From: an uncultured delta proteobacterium
Lineage (GTDB): Bacteria > Desulfobacterota > Binatia > UBA9968
NCBI GenBank assembly: GCA_963755715.1
Contig: CAVWLW010000072.1
Location: 1-64,000 of the forward strand
DNA: 64,000 nt
Direction: 5' to 3'
The first letter of the stretch is position 1; every line of letters begins with the position of its first letter. Below, piece after piece: positions 39,427 to 49,687 of the stretch. The translations under genes and the position numbers were made by a program. The notes beneath the pieces were generated by a model, which saw nothing but the letters and a program-made list of their open reading frames with translations, was not told the origin of the DNA and did no database searches.

Positions 39427-39493
39427 GTGCCGAGTCTCAAATCGCGCGCGAATAAATATTTCTCGACAGGCAGGCCGCGCAAAGTTCGACCGC

Positions 39494-40461
39494 TCATAAA
39501 CCCAATTCTTTCTGCGCTTGCCTGAGATAGCTGAGATCGATGTATTTTTCCGGCGGCGGCAGCGCGCCTTTGATGATGCCGTCCTGCGCTTGCACTTCGA
39601 TATTGACCTTTAAGCCGGACAACGTTACGTCGCCGTTGATCGGATAGACTTTGTTCTTGGTGTAGTATTCGATACCGCGCCGCGCGTACTGCGTCGGCAA
39701 GCCGAATTCTTTGTTGAGAAACTCCACCGTGTCGGCCTGATGCTCGAAGATCCAGTGTAGCGCTTGGATGTGCGCTCGGATGAACTTGACCACCGCGGCG
39801 CGATTTTTCTCGGCCCAGGCCGGATTGATGTTGATGTTGTTGAACTGATAGTTGGAAATAATCTCGGTCGTGTCGCCCAATTTCGGAAAGCCTTTGTCGA
39901 TCGCGATATCGGAAAACGGCATCACCAGAACGGCCCCTGCGACGGCGCCGCTTTCCAGCGCGCTCAAGCGCGCCGGTGTGCCGCCGGCAATCACCGACAT
40001 GGAGAAATCGCGCGGATGAATCAATCCTTTGCTTTTCAGATACGAAAGCAGGATCGACGTCGCGCCTCCTGACAAGCTATTGACTCCCAGCCTTTGCCCT
40101 TTCAGATCTTCGATCCTTTTGATGTGCTTGGCGCCGATGAGTTGATAGGGCGCCGCATTACTCGAACCCGCGGCAACCTTCAGATTGCCGTTGGTCCTTT
40201 CGTTCCAGATGATGATGTTGTCGGCGTTGATGTTGGCGAAATGCAACTCGCCGGCGACCAACGCCTGGAGTTGAATATCGCTTCGGCCGATGCTGACCAG
40301 ATCGACAGGAATGCCTTCCTTGGCGTAAAAACCTTTCTTTAGCGCAATGAAGAACGGCAGGTAGTTCAAATCTTTCGAAATGTATCCGGCCTTGAGGCTT
40401 TGCGCAGCCGCCGGCGCGATCATTGCCGCCAACAACAGAACAGCGAAAAAATATCGTTCAT
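39494..40461 (-). CDS. NMT1/SsuA-type ABC substrate-binding protein (orphan); probable 1-nt deletion after ATG
   Basis: KKGFYAKEGI, EDLKGQRLGV, IDLSYL; AAGGA RBS before ATG 40461. Confidence 0.85.
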
Positions 40462-40487
40462 CGTCTTATCCTTCTCTCCGAGCTGAC

Positions 40488-41927
40488 TTATGAAGCGATC
40501 GTTTTCCCAGGAACCGAACCGATGGAGCTTTCCGCTCCGCGCAACGCCGAAGTGAGTATCCCCACGACGCAGAATATAATAGCCACCATGAAAGTGGTAT
40601 TCAGCGCGGCGACGAAGCCCGCGGGATTTTCCGCCGTCAACGACATGGTCTTGATCCCGGTATGATATTCAAAAGCAAGCGACATGGACAGCCCACCCAA
40701 TGCCACGCCCAAGACGTTGCCGAAGCCGAACGTCACGTGATTCATCGCCGAGGCGAAACCGCGGTGCTCCTTCGGCATCATGCTGATCATCGCCGTGGAA
40801 TTGGCCGGGTTGAAGATGCCGTTGGTAATCGCGCCGACGACAATCACGAGAGTCGGCAGCAGCCAGTGTGAGTCGGTCCGCAGCATCCCCCCGGCGGCCA
40901 AAGAGATGATCATAAAAACCACGCCGGCAGTCGCGGGGATGCGCGGTCCAAGCCGGTCGGTCATGTAACCGCTCACCGGCGCGAGCGCAACGGTCAAGAT
41001 CGACGGCGCCATAAAAAGCATGCCGACCTGCGTCGGCGTGAGACGCAAAACATCCTGCAAATAAAACGGCATCAGAAAACTCGTGAGCGCATAGCAGATC
41101 GAAACCACCAGCAAGCTCACCACGCTGAAGCTGAAGCGGCGAATTTTGAACAATTCCAGATTGACAAACGGACTTTGCGCGCGCGACTCGTGCACAAGAA
41201 AGGCCGCCAGACTGCCAATAAAGACCGCCAAAAGAAAGAACTTCGTCGAGCTGCCGATCAGCTGATGCGTGCGTCGGTCGAGGATAAACACCAGGGTCGT
41301 CGTGACCGCGAACAGCAACGCTGCGCCGAGATAATCGACCGAGCCCGGGTAGTGCTGCGGCGCCACTTGACGCCGCTTCATGTTCATCAACGCCAGCAAC
41401 ATCCCACCGAAACCGATCGGCGCGAGCAGAAAAAAACTCCAGCGCCAGCTGAAATAGTCGATCATCAAGCCGCCGATGCTCGGTCCGAGAATAAAGCCGG
41501 TGTGATGCGCAGTCGTCATGTACCCTTGCGCCCGGCCGGCGAGATCTTCGGTGACGGACTCCGATGCCAGCGCCCGGCTTGAGGACTGCAACATCGCGCC
41601 GCCGACGCCTTGCACGAAGCGCGCGACGATGAGTTGCAGTACCGTCTGGGAAAAGCCACAGAGCAGCGAGCTCACTGCAAACACGAGAAAACCCAAGGCA
41701 AACATCTTCTCACGTCCCCACAAGTCAGAGATGCGGCCAAATATTACCGATAACCCAATGTTCGAAAGCTGATATGACAAGATCGCCCAAGAGACGCCGA
41801 GCAGATCGGTGCCCAGACTCTGCGCCACCGTCGGCATTGAAATGGCGACGATTCGAGTCGCGGTGCCGGAAAAAAATGTTCCGAGAAGCGCGGTGGCGAG
41901 CAGCAAATAATTGACGCGTAAATCCAC
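40488..41927 (-). CDS. MFS transporter, DHA2 (14-TM) family
   Basis: GRISDLWGRE, ARFVQGVGGA, GPSIGG, WRWSF, DYLGA, TDRLGPR. Confidence 0.92.
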   Translation of the reverse strand: MDLRVNYLLLATALLGTFFSGTATRIVAISMPTVAQSLGTDLLGVSWAILSYQLSNIGLSVIFGRISDLWGREKMFALGFLVFAVSSLLCGFSQTVLQLIVARFVQGVGGAMLQSSSRALASESVTEDLAGRAQGYMTTAHHTGFILGPSIGGLMIDYFSWRWSFFLLAPIGFGGMLLALMNMKRRQVAPQHYPGSVDYLGAALLFAVTTTLVFILDRRTHQLIGSSTKFFLLAVFIGSLAAFLVHESRAQSPFVNLELFKIRRFSFSVVSLLVVSICYALTSFLMPFYLQDVLRLTPTQVGMLFMAPSILTVALAPVSGYMTDRLGPRIPATAGVVFMIISLAAGGMLRTDSHWLLPTLVIVVGAITNGIFNPANSTAMISMMPKEHRGFASAMNHVTFGFGNVLGVALGGLSMSLAFEYHTGIKTMSLTAENPAGFVAALNTTFMVAIIFCVVGILTSALRGAESSIGSVPGKTIAS

Positions 41928-42098
41928 GTGGGTGCGAATCGTCGTTGAAAACTTTCCGAATTAATAGCGCCGAACGCGCCGCGCAGCAAATAGATACGTG
42001 AAAAATTGCCGATGCATTCGCCGCGCAGACCCCCAAAGTTGCGAGATTGAGCGTAAAATTTATCGGCTAGGTTGAGAGCTACGAAAGCGAACTCATTG

Positions 42099-43076
42099 CT
42101 AGAAAACGCCATGCAAGAAATCCCGTACTTCACGAGTCCACTCCACGGATCTAGCTTCGACGATAGGCATATGCGGCACGCCGGCGAAGGAAACGAATCG
42201 TGCGTTTTGTCCCATTGCTCTCGCAATCGCACGGGCTTGGTCCAGCGTCGCGCGTTCATCCTTCTCGCCGTGCAAAATCAGCGTCGGACAATTCACCGAG
42301 CGCGCGTAGTCGGCTGGATTGTACAAGAACAAGTTGGAACGGGTTTGCACGCTTCCCCAAAAAATCGACAGCTCAGCAAACGGCGACGCTGGAAGACCCA
42401 TCGCACGGAATCGACTCTTGCCGGCGTTCAGCAAGCTATCGAACGTCGCCTCAACAATAACGGCATCGGGATGGATCTTTTCCGTCCCAATAGCGCGAAG
42501 CACGGCTGCGCCGCCCATGGAAATCCCGTAGAGCACCACTTTGTGATTCGGCCACGTCAGCCGGACGTAATCGACAGCAGCCGCGACATCGCTCGCCTCT
42601 TTCAGGCCGATGGTCGTTCCAGTACCTGAAGATCCCCCGGAACCGTAGAAATCCACCAACAACGTAGGGAAACCCAACTCGTGGAAAACTTGCGCCGCCG
42701 ACAATAACGAGGCCTTGCTCGCAGCGTAACCGTGAAAAAGTGCGATCAGCGGCAGCGCCGCCTTTCCAGGTATGTACCACGCCTCCAACGGCGTAGCGTT
42801 TGGACTAGCGAAGTGATGTGTCTCATAAGCAAGACTTAGATCAGCGGGTGTACGCCGATTCTGCGGCCGCGGGATATTCACGCCTGACAACAAGATGGTG
42901 ATTTTATCGAAAACGCTCAACCGCTCCGGGGGCGCCGTGCGCTCGCCGCTCTCAGCAAAATGCGTCATCGCCCAAACCTGCATGAAAGCGACCCCGTTCA
43001 CGCCGATCAAAGCGCCGAGCAGCACGGCGGAAAGAAGTTTGACCAAACGGCGCAGGGAACGCTTCGCAAGACTCAT
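42099..43076 (-). CDS. Membrane-anchored alpha/beta hydrolase
   Basis: N-terminal TM, FHGY, GISMGG, HGEKD, VPH. Confidence 0.88.
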   Translation of the reverse strand: MSLAKRSLRRLVKLLSAVLLGALIGVNGVAFMQVWAMTHFAESGERTAPPERLSVFDKITILLSGVNIPRPQNRRTPADLSLAYETHHFASPNATPLEAWYIPGKAALPLIALFHGYAASKASLLSAAQVFHELGFPTLLVDFYGSGGSSGTGTTIGLKEASDVAAAVDYVRLTWPNHKVVLYGISMGGAAVLRAIGTEKIHPDAVIVEATFDSLLNAGKSRFRAMGLPASPFAELSIFWGSVQTRSNLFLYNPADYARSVNCPTLILHGEKDERATLDQARAIARAMGQNARFVSFAGVPHMPIVEARSVEWTREVRDFLHGVF

Positions 43077-43109
43077 TTTTGCGGCCACTCGCCTCTGACT
43101 GCCATGTCA

Positions 43110-44606
43110 TCACGGAACCGACTTCAATTGTGCAAATGCCGCATCCAGCTGCTTGGACGCGTCGTCCAACTTTCTGCGCGTGCTATCCAACCATTCCCGA
43201 TCATTTTTCAAACTTGTTCTCTGGGCCGCGAGCATGCGCGCGACCTCCTCGGGTTGCGGGCCGCCGACCACGCGCGCCGATTGAACCATATTCTCGGCGG
43301 TCAGCGATTTGCGAAACTGCGCTTCGCTGAGCGGCAACTGCGCGTTGGTCATTTTGAAAGATTTGCCCGCATCCGTATAAATGCGCTTCGCTTGATCGTA
43401 GGGAATATCAATCGGCCGTAAGTTGTTTCCCCGCCCAAAATTGACGAGCTCGGATGCAAAGTGATGGCCGACGCGAAACGGCACGTCGGCGTCGCGTTGC
43501 AAAACATCGGCAAGTTCCGTGGTCGTCGAATAGTCGGCATTAACCTCGTCGATCGCGCGTTGCGCGTTGAAGTTGAGCTGCTTCACGACTGCGGCCAGAT
43601 TGTTCAGCATGCGCGACATGCGGTTGAGCGCCTCAACCGGCTCACTGCCCTTATAATCGCTGAGACCATGCGGCACGTTGTGCGCCTTGAAGAGATAGGT
43701 CGTGCTCACGCCCAAAACTTCGCTCGCCACCACGCGCACGTTATGCAGTGCATTGGGATTGCGTTTTTGCGGCATGATGCTGCTGGTGCCGGTCAGCTCG
43801 CCTTCTTCGAGTGTCAGCCACGGCGTAGTCATGCGATACTGTGCTTCGATATCGGAGATAAAAGTTCCGACCGTCAATGCCGCCGCGCTCGCGACGCTCA
43901 CCAGCTCAACCCCGGTGTCGATGGGCGAAATCTGATTCGCGTCCAGGGAATTTTCCACGATGCCGTCAAAGCCGAGCAGCTCAGCGAGCCGCGCGCGATT
44001 GACGGGGAAACTAGACGTCCCCAACGCCGCGGAGCCAAGCGGCGATTTATTGACGTTAGCGTAGGCGCGGCGCAACCGCTCGGCGTTGCGCTCCAGCGCT
44101 TCCACATAGGCAAGGATGTAATGACCAAACGAAATCGGCTGCGCCTGGACGCCCACAGTGTAAGCGGGCACGATCGCGTTGGGATACTTCGCGGCAAAAT
44201 CGAGCAGCACCGCTCTCGCGTTATTGAGCGCCGCAAAAGTCACAATAACCTGCGCGCGCTGGAACAAACGGTTACGAGTCGCGCCGATATCTTGCCGGCT
44301 GCGCCCGGAATGCATCCGCGTCACGTCCGGCCCGCCCGCCGCGACCAGCAATTTTTCAAGCTCGAGATAATCGCCCGGCCGCTTCGCGCCGGGTTTGTCC
44401 CCGTCGGCAATCACCTGAGAAACCGATTCGGCAATTACTTTACCAAGCGCTTTTGGCACGATTCCCTGCTCCACCACCATCACCGACGACGCCTTGTTAA
44501 GCTCTCCCAAGTAGTAAAACTCGTCGCGTCTTTCCTGCGCGGAGACGCGAGCGCCAAGAAGGACTGAACCAATAACTGAGACAATTAAAGTTTTACGCAG
44601 GTTCAT
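43110..44606 (-). CDS. Argininosuccinate-lyase-like (fumarase/aspartase superfamily) enzyme with signal peptide
   Basis: MHSGRSRQD, SPLGSAAL, SSIMPQKRNP; YTVGVQAQP replaces YTHLQ; N-terminal MNLRK + hydrophobic + VSA|Q. Confidence 0.85.
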   Translation of the reverse strand: MNLRKTLIVSVIGSVLLGARVSAQERRDEFYYLGELNKASSVMVVEQGIVPKALGKVIAESVSQVIADGDKPGAKRPGDYLELEKLLVAAGGPDVTRMHSGRSRQDIGATRNRLFQRAQVIVTFAALNNARAVLLDFAAKYPNAIVPAYTVGVQAQPISFGHYILAYVEALERNAERLRRAYANVNKSPLGSAALGTSSFPVNRARLAELLGFDGIVENSLDANQISPIDTGVELVSVASAAALTVGTFISDIEAQYRMTTPWLTLEEGELTGTSSIMPQKRNPNALHNVRVVASEVLGVSTTYLFKAHNVPHGLSDYKGSEPVEALNRMSRMLNNLAAVVKQLNFNAQRAIDEVNADYSTTTELADVLQRDADVPFRVGHHFASELVNFGRGNNLRPIDIPYDQAKRIYTDAGKSFKMTNAQLPLSEAQFRKSLTAENMVQSARVVGGPQPEEVARMLAAQRTSLKNDREWLDSTRRKLDDASKQLDAAFAQLKSVP

Positions 44607-44680
44607 TTGTCTTCCCTCCAGAGGAGTATTTCGTGAAACGAAAGAAGAAATATCAAAGTTCGGACTCTCGTGAACAAGTT

Positions 44681-44711
44681 GTAGGATGGGTTGAGCAAAG
44701 CGATACCCATC
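44681..44711 (+). repeat. REP sequence (GTAG family), left copy
   Basis: GTAGGATGGGTTGAGCAAAGCGATACCCATC: GTAG plus imperfect palindrome. Confidence 0.92.
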
Positions 44712-44718
44712 TCATTTC

Positions 44719-45261
44719 TTATCGCCCTGCTCTCTCTCCAAAGGCGGTCTCTTCAGGACCGATCACACCGCCCCAATCGGCGCTATACAACCCGCGCCGA
44801 ACGAACCGCCGGAACGAGGAATACGGCCAATCGATGGCCGACTCTACATGTCCATGCTTTACCGGATTAAAATGAATGTAATCACAATGCCGCCCAACAT
44901 CGTCTTCGTCCCGCAGCGTGTGCTCCCAGTATCTGCGCTGCCAGATCCCACGTTCACGTTTGAGACGGCGGCTTTCGGAGCGTTCTTCGAGGCGCTCAAG
45001 ACCTCTAGAAAAAACGGTTTTAATCAATCTCCATCGTGTCGCATAATCCGCGTCACCGGGACGCAAAGTCCAGATAGCATGCAGGTGGTCGGGCAAGACA
45101 ACGATCGCATTGATTGTGAACGGGTGACGGCTCTTTGTGTAGCGGAACGCGTGCCGCACGAGATCAATTCGATCTACGAGTAAACAGGAACGCCTATCCG
45201 CTAAGTTAACAGTAAAGAAGTAAGATCCGCCTTCGACAAAGTTACGCCGATAGTTAGACAC
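44719..45261 (-). CDS. rayT: REP-associated tyrosine transposase (RAYT, HuH Y1 family)
   Basis: YFFTVN, VVLPDHLH (HuH), WQRRYWEH, DYIHFNPVKHG, WPYSSF; flanked by inverted REPs. Confidence 0.95.
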   Translation of the reverse strand: MSNYRRNFVEGGSYFFTVNLADRRSCLLVDRIDLVRHAFRYTKSRHPFTINAIVVLPDHLHAIWTLRPGDADYATRWRLIKTVFSRGLERLEERSESRRLKRERGIWQRRYWEHTLRDEDDVGRHCDYIHFNPVKHGHVESAIDWPYSSFRRFVRRGLYSADWGGVIGPEETAFGERAGR

Positions 45262-45299
45262 CAGCGCACGGTAAACCGATTGCTATACAAAGAACAAAC

Positions 45300-45330
45300 G
45301 CTGGGTATCGCTTCGCTCAACCCATCCTAC
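45300..45330 (-). repeat. REP sequence (GTAG family), right copy, inverted
   Basis: Reverse complement GTAGGATGGGTTGAGCGAAGCGATACCCAGC, 29/31 identical to left copy. Confidence 0.92.
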
Positions 45331-45363
45331 AATATTTTTTAAATTACTATTCCCGTGCCTCGA

Positions 45364-46606
45364 CTACTCCAACGGCAACGTAAACAACCGCTGATCCGGT
45401 TTGATTAAATGCTCGTGCCCTTTTTCCGTCACCGCGCATGTATATTCGACTTGCACGGTGCCCCAGCCGGCTTCATGATTCGACGCTTCCAGGTTTACCG
45501 TCATACCCGGTTCCATGGGAATGTTTGTCGTATTTGGCAGAAACGGATCGTCGACTTCTTCCGCCGGGCCGATCAAAAACGGGAACTCACGCGCTTCGAG
45601 GCCGATCGTATGGCCGAGGAAGAAATTCGAATAATTCGGCAAACCGTTGGCGCGCACGCCGGCGATCATCGTTTCGTATAGCTCTTGGGGGCGCACGCCG
45701 GGCTTGAGCGCTTCGACCGACTTCAGCACGCCGGCTTGAATCGCGTCATAACGTTTGCGGTGCTCCGCCGTTGGCTCGGCGCCGACGCAGCCGGACTTGC
45801 ACACGTCGGCGTGGTAGCCGTTGATCGAACAGCCCATGTCGACGCGGAAGATGTCACCCTTTTGCAAAACGTTGTCCTTGATCGCCGGAAAATTGCCGCC
45901 GCGCGTGACCGCCATATGCATCCAGTACACTTGCCCTCCGGCCTTGGCGATTTCGCCTTTGTAGATGCTTGCCAGTTCGTTTTCTGTCACTCTCGGTCTG
46001 CATGCTCGCAGCATCGTATGGATCGCCTGTTCGTTCATCTCTGCGGATTCTCTAAGGCGCCGAATCTCTTCCGGAGTCTTGATCATGCGCGCGTAGCGAA
46101 AAAACATCGAAGCCGGCAACAAAGTCGCGCGCGGCAGCCCCGCTTCTAATCCTCTCGTAAATCGTAATCGGAATGGCGAAATGGTCCATGCCGATGCGGC
46201 CATTGGCCATGCCCTTCTCTTCGATGAGCTGCGCCAGCGCTTTTTCCGGCGTGAGGCCTTTGGAGTCGCTGCCGGCAAGCTTTACGGTTCGCTGCTCGAT
46301 GGCAGTTAATTTCGCCATGTCGGCGACGTGTGGATTCCGCGGCCGGCCGTAAATGTATTTCTCTTCAACCCAGACGGCATCGAGCGACGCATAACCGACA
46401 TCGCCGCCGGGAATCAGCAAAGCCGGTTTCTGCTTCGGATCACGCGGATAGACGACATAGACCTGCGAGCCGCCGTAGCGGTAACCGTTTTGGCTCCACG
46501 AAGCGTGGCCGCTGAGATAATAAATATTCTCCGGCGTCGCCGCGACGATCCCTGTGAGATCAAACTTGTCCATCAAAGCGATCAATCTTTCTTTGTTGTA
46601 AAGCAT
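45364..46606 (-). CDS. M24 (Xaa-Pro peptidase/creatinase-like) protein; +1 indel at about 46145
   Basis: PENIYYLSG, RMIKTPEEI, D-x10-D, GHTIGLE, NLE, QVE; GGAGG RBS. Confidence 0.88.
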
Positions 46607-46636
46607 GGAAACAAACCTCCTGCTAAAATTCTGAGT

Positions 46637-46716
46637 TGGAGTGATGGAATACTGGAGTGTTGGGTTGGCGAGCGCTCTACCCATTACTCCAATACTCCAT
46701 CACTCCATTGCTCCAA
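46637..46716. repeat. Inverted arrays of 8-bp tandem repeat (TGGAGTRN / CTCCAWYA)
   Basis: tggagtga tggaatac tggagtgt tgggt ... acccatta ctccaata ctccatca ctccattg ctcca. Confidence 0.85.
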
Positions 46717-46720
46717 TCTT

Positions 46721-48400
46721 CTACACTCCGCTCTCCGACCTCCACGGCCTCGGCTCTAGCGGCTTCACCGCGACCTCCAACACCGATGGCCCCTTGTAGG
46801 CTAAGGCGCGAGCTAAAGCCGGTTTCAGTTCCGCTGGTTTCGAAACGCGCTCGCCGAAAGCGCCGAGCGCCCGCGCGACTCCGGCGTAATCGCCGCGTAG
46901 CGAGATGCCGATCTCATGTCCTTTGAAGCGCTCGTGCAGCGTTTCGCGGCTCGCGCCAAGGCTTTCATTATTTAGAATCACCGTCAGCGTGCGAATGTCG
47001 TTGCGCGCCGCGGTTTCGATCTCCATCCCGGTCATCCCGAAAGAACCATCGCCGGTGAAATTCACCACGGTCTTGTCAGGATTACCTAGCTTCGCGCCCA
47101 ACGCCGCCGGCGTCGACCAGCCCATGGCGCTCGTTCCGCCGAAGCCGATGAAGCCGAGAGGATTCAATGCTTCATAGTGATGCGAGACATAAGCGCGCGT
47201 TACTCCAGCATCGTGCAACAGAATCGTGTTCTTGCTGTCGAGCTGGTGGGTAATGTCCCAACAAGCACGATAGGGATTCATCGGGATTTCATCGGAAGTC
47301 AGGCGCGGACTCCACGACTCTAACCATTTTCCTTTGAGCTCTTTGATCTCCGCGGCAACATCCGTCGCCATGCCCTTCCGGTATCCGCCGAGCTTTTCTG
47401 CTCCGCGCTGGAGCAGCGCGCGCAAAAAAAGTTGGATGTCGGAAAGAATAACGAGATCGGCCGGATAGTTCTTGTGCAGCTCGGCGGGATCGATATCTAC
47501 TTGGACGAGCTTGGCGTGCGCCGGTTTGGGCAACCAACTGGACGTGGCATGCTGGCGAAAGGCGCAACCCAGCGCGATCACGAGATCCGCTTCCTCGGCG
47601 AATTTACGCGACTGCCCCGTGCTGTAAACCGCGCGCGGGTAACCGCCGAGACCGAGACAAAGCGGATGATCTTCAGGCATCGCGCCCTTCGCCGGCAATG
47701 TCGCCATCACGGGGAGCGCATAGGTTTCCGACAGCTTGACGAGATCCTCGGTGGCCCGGGACCAAAGCGCGCCTCGTCCGGCGTATATCAAAGGCTGCTT
47801 CGCGCCCTGGAGCAATTCGATCAGCTTGTCTACGTCGTCAGGGTCGGGTCCGTAACGCACCCGCCGCGTTTTCTGATAGGGCGGCAACTCCGCTTGCGCC
47901 ATGCTGATATCTTGCGGCACTTCGATGATTACCGGCCCCGGCCGCCCGGATCTTGCGACGGTGAAGGCGCGGCGAAAGACCTCCGGAATTCTTTCCGCCG
48001 ACGGTACGCTGAACGTCCACTTCGCCATGGTTTGAAACGTATCGAGGTAGGGAACTTCCTGCAGCATTCCCTTGGCCAGTTGCTTGCGCGAGCTATGGCC
48101 GAAGATAACCACCAGCGGCACACAGTCCGTGAATGCATTCACGATGGCCGTAAAAGCATTGCAGCGCCCCGGCCCTTTTGTCACCATCGCGACACCGACT
48201 TCGCCGGTGCTCCGCGCATAACCGTCGGCGATATAAACGGTCGCCTGCTCATGGCGCGTCAGGATCAGCGGCATCCGTCCGTTTTGGTGCAGCGCATCGA
48301 AGATCGGCAGAATGTCGTCTCCCGGTAGCGTGGCGACGAACTTTACTTCCTCGGTCTTGAGAATATCCACGATGGCATCGGCAACTCGCATAGTAGACAC
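46721..48400 (-). CDS. Thiamine-diphosphate-dependent enzyme (acetolactate synthase-like)
   Basis: TRHEQ, ADGYAR, GPG, SGRPGPV, GDGSFGM...LNN. Confidence 0.92.
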   Translation of the reverse strand: MSTMRVADAIVDILKTEEVKFVATLPGDDILPIFDALHQNGRMPLILTRHEQATVYIADGYARSTGEVGVAMVTKGPGRCNAFTAIVNAFTDCVPLVVIFGHSSRKQLAKGMLQEVPYLDTFQTMAKWTFSVPSAERIPEVFRRAFTVARSGRPGPVIIEVPQDISMAQAELPPYQKTRRVRYGPDPDDVDKLIELLQGAKQPLIYAGRGALWSRATEDLVKLSETYALPVMATLPAKGAMPEDHPLCLGLGGYPRAVYSTGQSRKFAEEADLVIALGCAFRQHATSSWLPKPAHAKLVQVDIDPAELHKNYPADLVILSDIQLFLRALLQRGAEKLGGYRKGMATDVAAEIKELKGKWLESWSPRLTSDEIPMNPYRACWDITHQLDSKNTILLHDAGVTRAYVSHHYEALNPLGFIGFGGTSAMGWSTPAALGAKLGNPDKTVVNFTGDGSFGMTGMEIETAARNDIRTLTVILNNESLGASRETLHERFKGHEIGISLRGDYAGVARALGAFGERVSKPAELKPALARALAYKGPSVLEVAVKPLEPRPWRSESGV

Positions 48401-49402
48401 CTACTTAGTAGAGAATTTTTTGAAGAAGCCTTCTTCCTCGAGTTTCCGAACGAATCTGTCATCGATGAAGTCGTTGGGATTTTTTGCCTTGAGCGAAGGT
48501 TGCTTGTCGGCGAGAAATTCGAGCACGAATTTGATTCCTTCGGGCGATGGGGTTAGATACTGATTCAAAAATTTGCCCAACCCTTCCTGCGACTGCACCA
48601 GCGCCGGGTCGTCCTTGGGCACGCGCATGTACTTCGCCACGACCGGTAAAGTTAGATCCGGCCGGGTTTTGTAGAGATAGATCGCCTCGCTTGTCGCGCG
48701 CAAGATATTGAGAATCGTATCCGGGTAGGCGTCGATGAATTTACGCGTGCTGACGATCGAAATCACCGGAAAAGGAAAGTCGAGACCGGCAAGATCGAAA
48801 ATTTCACGATGACCGGCTTTCGCCGCCGCGTGCGACGTTGGCGGCGTCAACACACCCGCCTGAAATTTTCCCTGCAACAGTCCGGCGAGCACTTCCGGCG
48901 ATCCGCCGGCGGACAATACGCCTACGTCGCGGTTGGCCACCCAGCCGAAATGTCTAAGAAACGCCAGCGCCGCGAAGTAACTATTACCGCCCGCCGCGCC
49001 GGCCGCAATGGTTTTTCCCTTGAGGTCGCTGATCTGCTTGATCTGCGGGCTGGCGTGAATGGCGAAAGTCAGCCGAGTAAATACCGTACCGAGGATGGCG
49101 ATCTCGGCGCCGTTCGCCGCCGCGCCCACAGCCGCGGCTCCGCCGACTTGAGAAACATCGATGGACCCGCCGAGCATCGCTTGGATCGGCCGTGAACCGC
49201 CGACGTAAATCAGCTCCGAATCATAGCCGTACTTCTCGAACAGCTTGAGTTCCTGAGCGATCCAGAACGGCGGGTTCGCGTAAGCAAAGGCGCTAAAGGC
49301 GAGGCGGAGTTTCTTCGGTTGAGCGCCGTGAAGTGGCAACGGCGGAAAAATGATCAGCGCTACAAGAATTCCATAGACAATCTGCGGCGCGCATTTTTTC
49401 AT
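48401..49402 (-). CDS. NMT1/SsuA-type ABC substrate-binding protein (orphan)
   Basis: Signal peptide, LFEKYG, DLKGKTIA, LEEEGFFKK. Confidence 0.88.
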   Translation of the reverse strand: MKKCAPQIVYGILVALIIFPPLPLHGAQPKKLRLAFSAFAYANPPFWIAQELKLFEKYGYDSELIYVGGSRPIQAMLGGSIDVSQVGGAAAVGAAANGAEIAILGTVFTRLTFAIHASPQIKQISDLKGKTIAAGAAGGNSYFAALAFLRHFGWVANRDVGVLSAGGSPEVLAGLLQGKFQAGVLTPPTSHAAAKAGHREIFDLAGLDFPFPVISIVSTRKFIDAYPDTILNILRATSEAIYLYKTRPDLTLPVVAKYMRVPKDDPALVQSQEGLGKFLNQYLTPSPEGIKFVLEFLADKQPSLKAKNPNDFIDDRFVRKLEEEGFFKKFSTK

Positions 49403-49505
49403 CTGGATCACGCGGTGCGGAGAGCTGCTGACACATATTTCCAAACGCTCCGGCAGTCAAGTTTGAGTAACGGTTCATTTCAATCCGCCATCGGGCTCAA
49501 CACCG

Positions 49506-49609
49506 GGAAAGATTCCTCGCTCATGCTCGGAATGACAACTAAAAAGCCGATTTGTCATCTCGAACCCTTCGGCACAGGCTCAGGATAAACTCCGTGAGAG
49601 ATCCTTTCC
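49506..49609. repeat. REP-like inverted doublet (TGTCAT..CGAG..GAGRRATC family) with nested CCCTTCG..GCTCAGGATAAACT unit
   Basis: AGATTCCTCGCTCATGCTCGGAATGACA and TGTCATCTCGAA...GTGAGAGATCCT in inverted orientation. Confidence 0.7.
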
Positions 49610-49687
49610 AAACTGAATATGAGCTAAGTTGGCTTGGTCTACTTTGCGCGCTCAGAAGGATTATCGGTTCAATGCGCAACCGCGTGA

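Noticed and set aside
43110-44606. Annotation as housekeeping argH
   Set aside because: Signal peptide, loss of YTHLQ His and absence of arg context
46721-48400. Annotation as ilvB/ilvI
   Set aside because: No regulatory subunit or ilvC nearby and catabolic context; only family-level call supported
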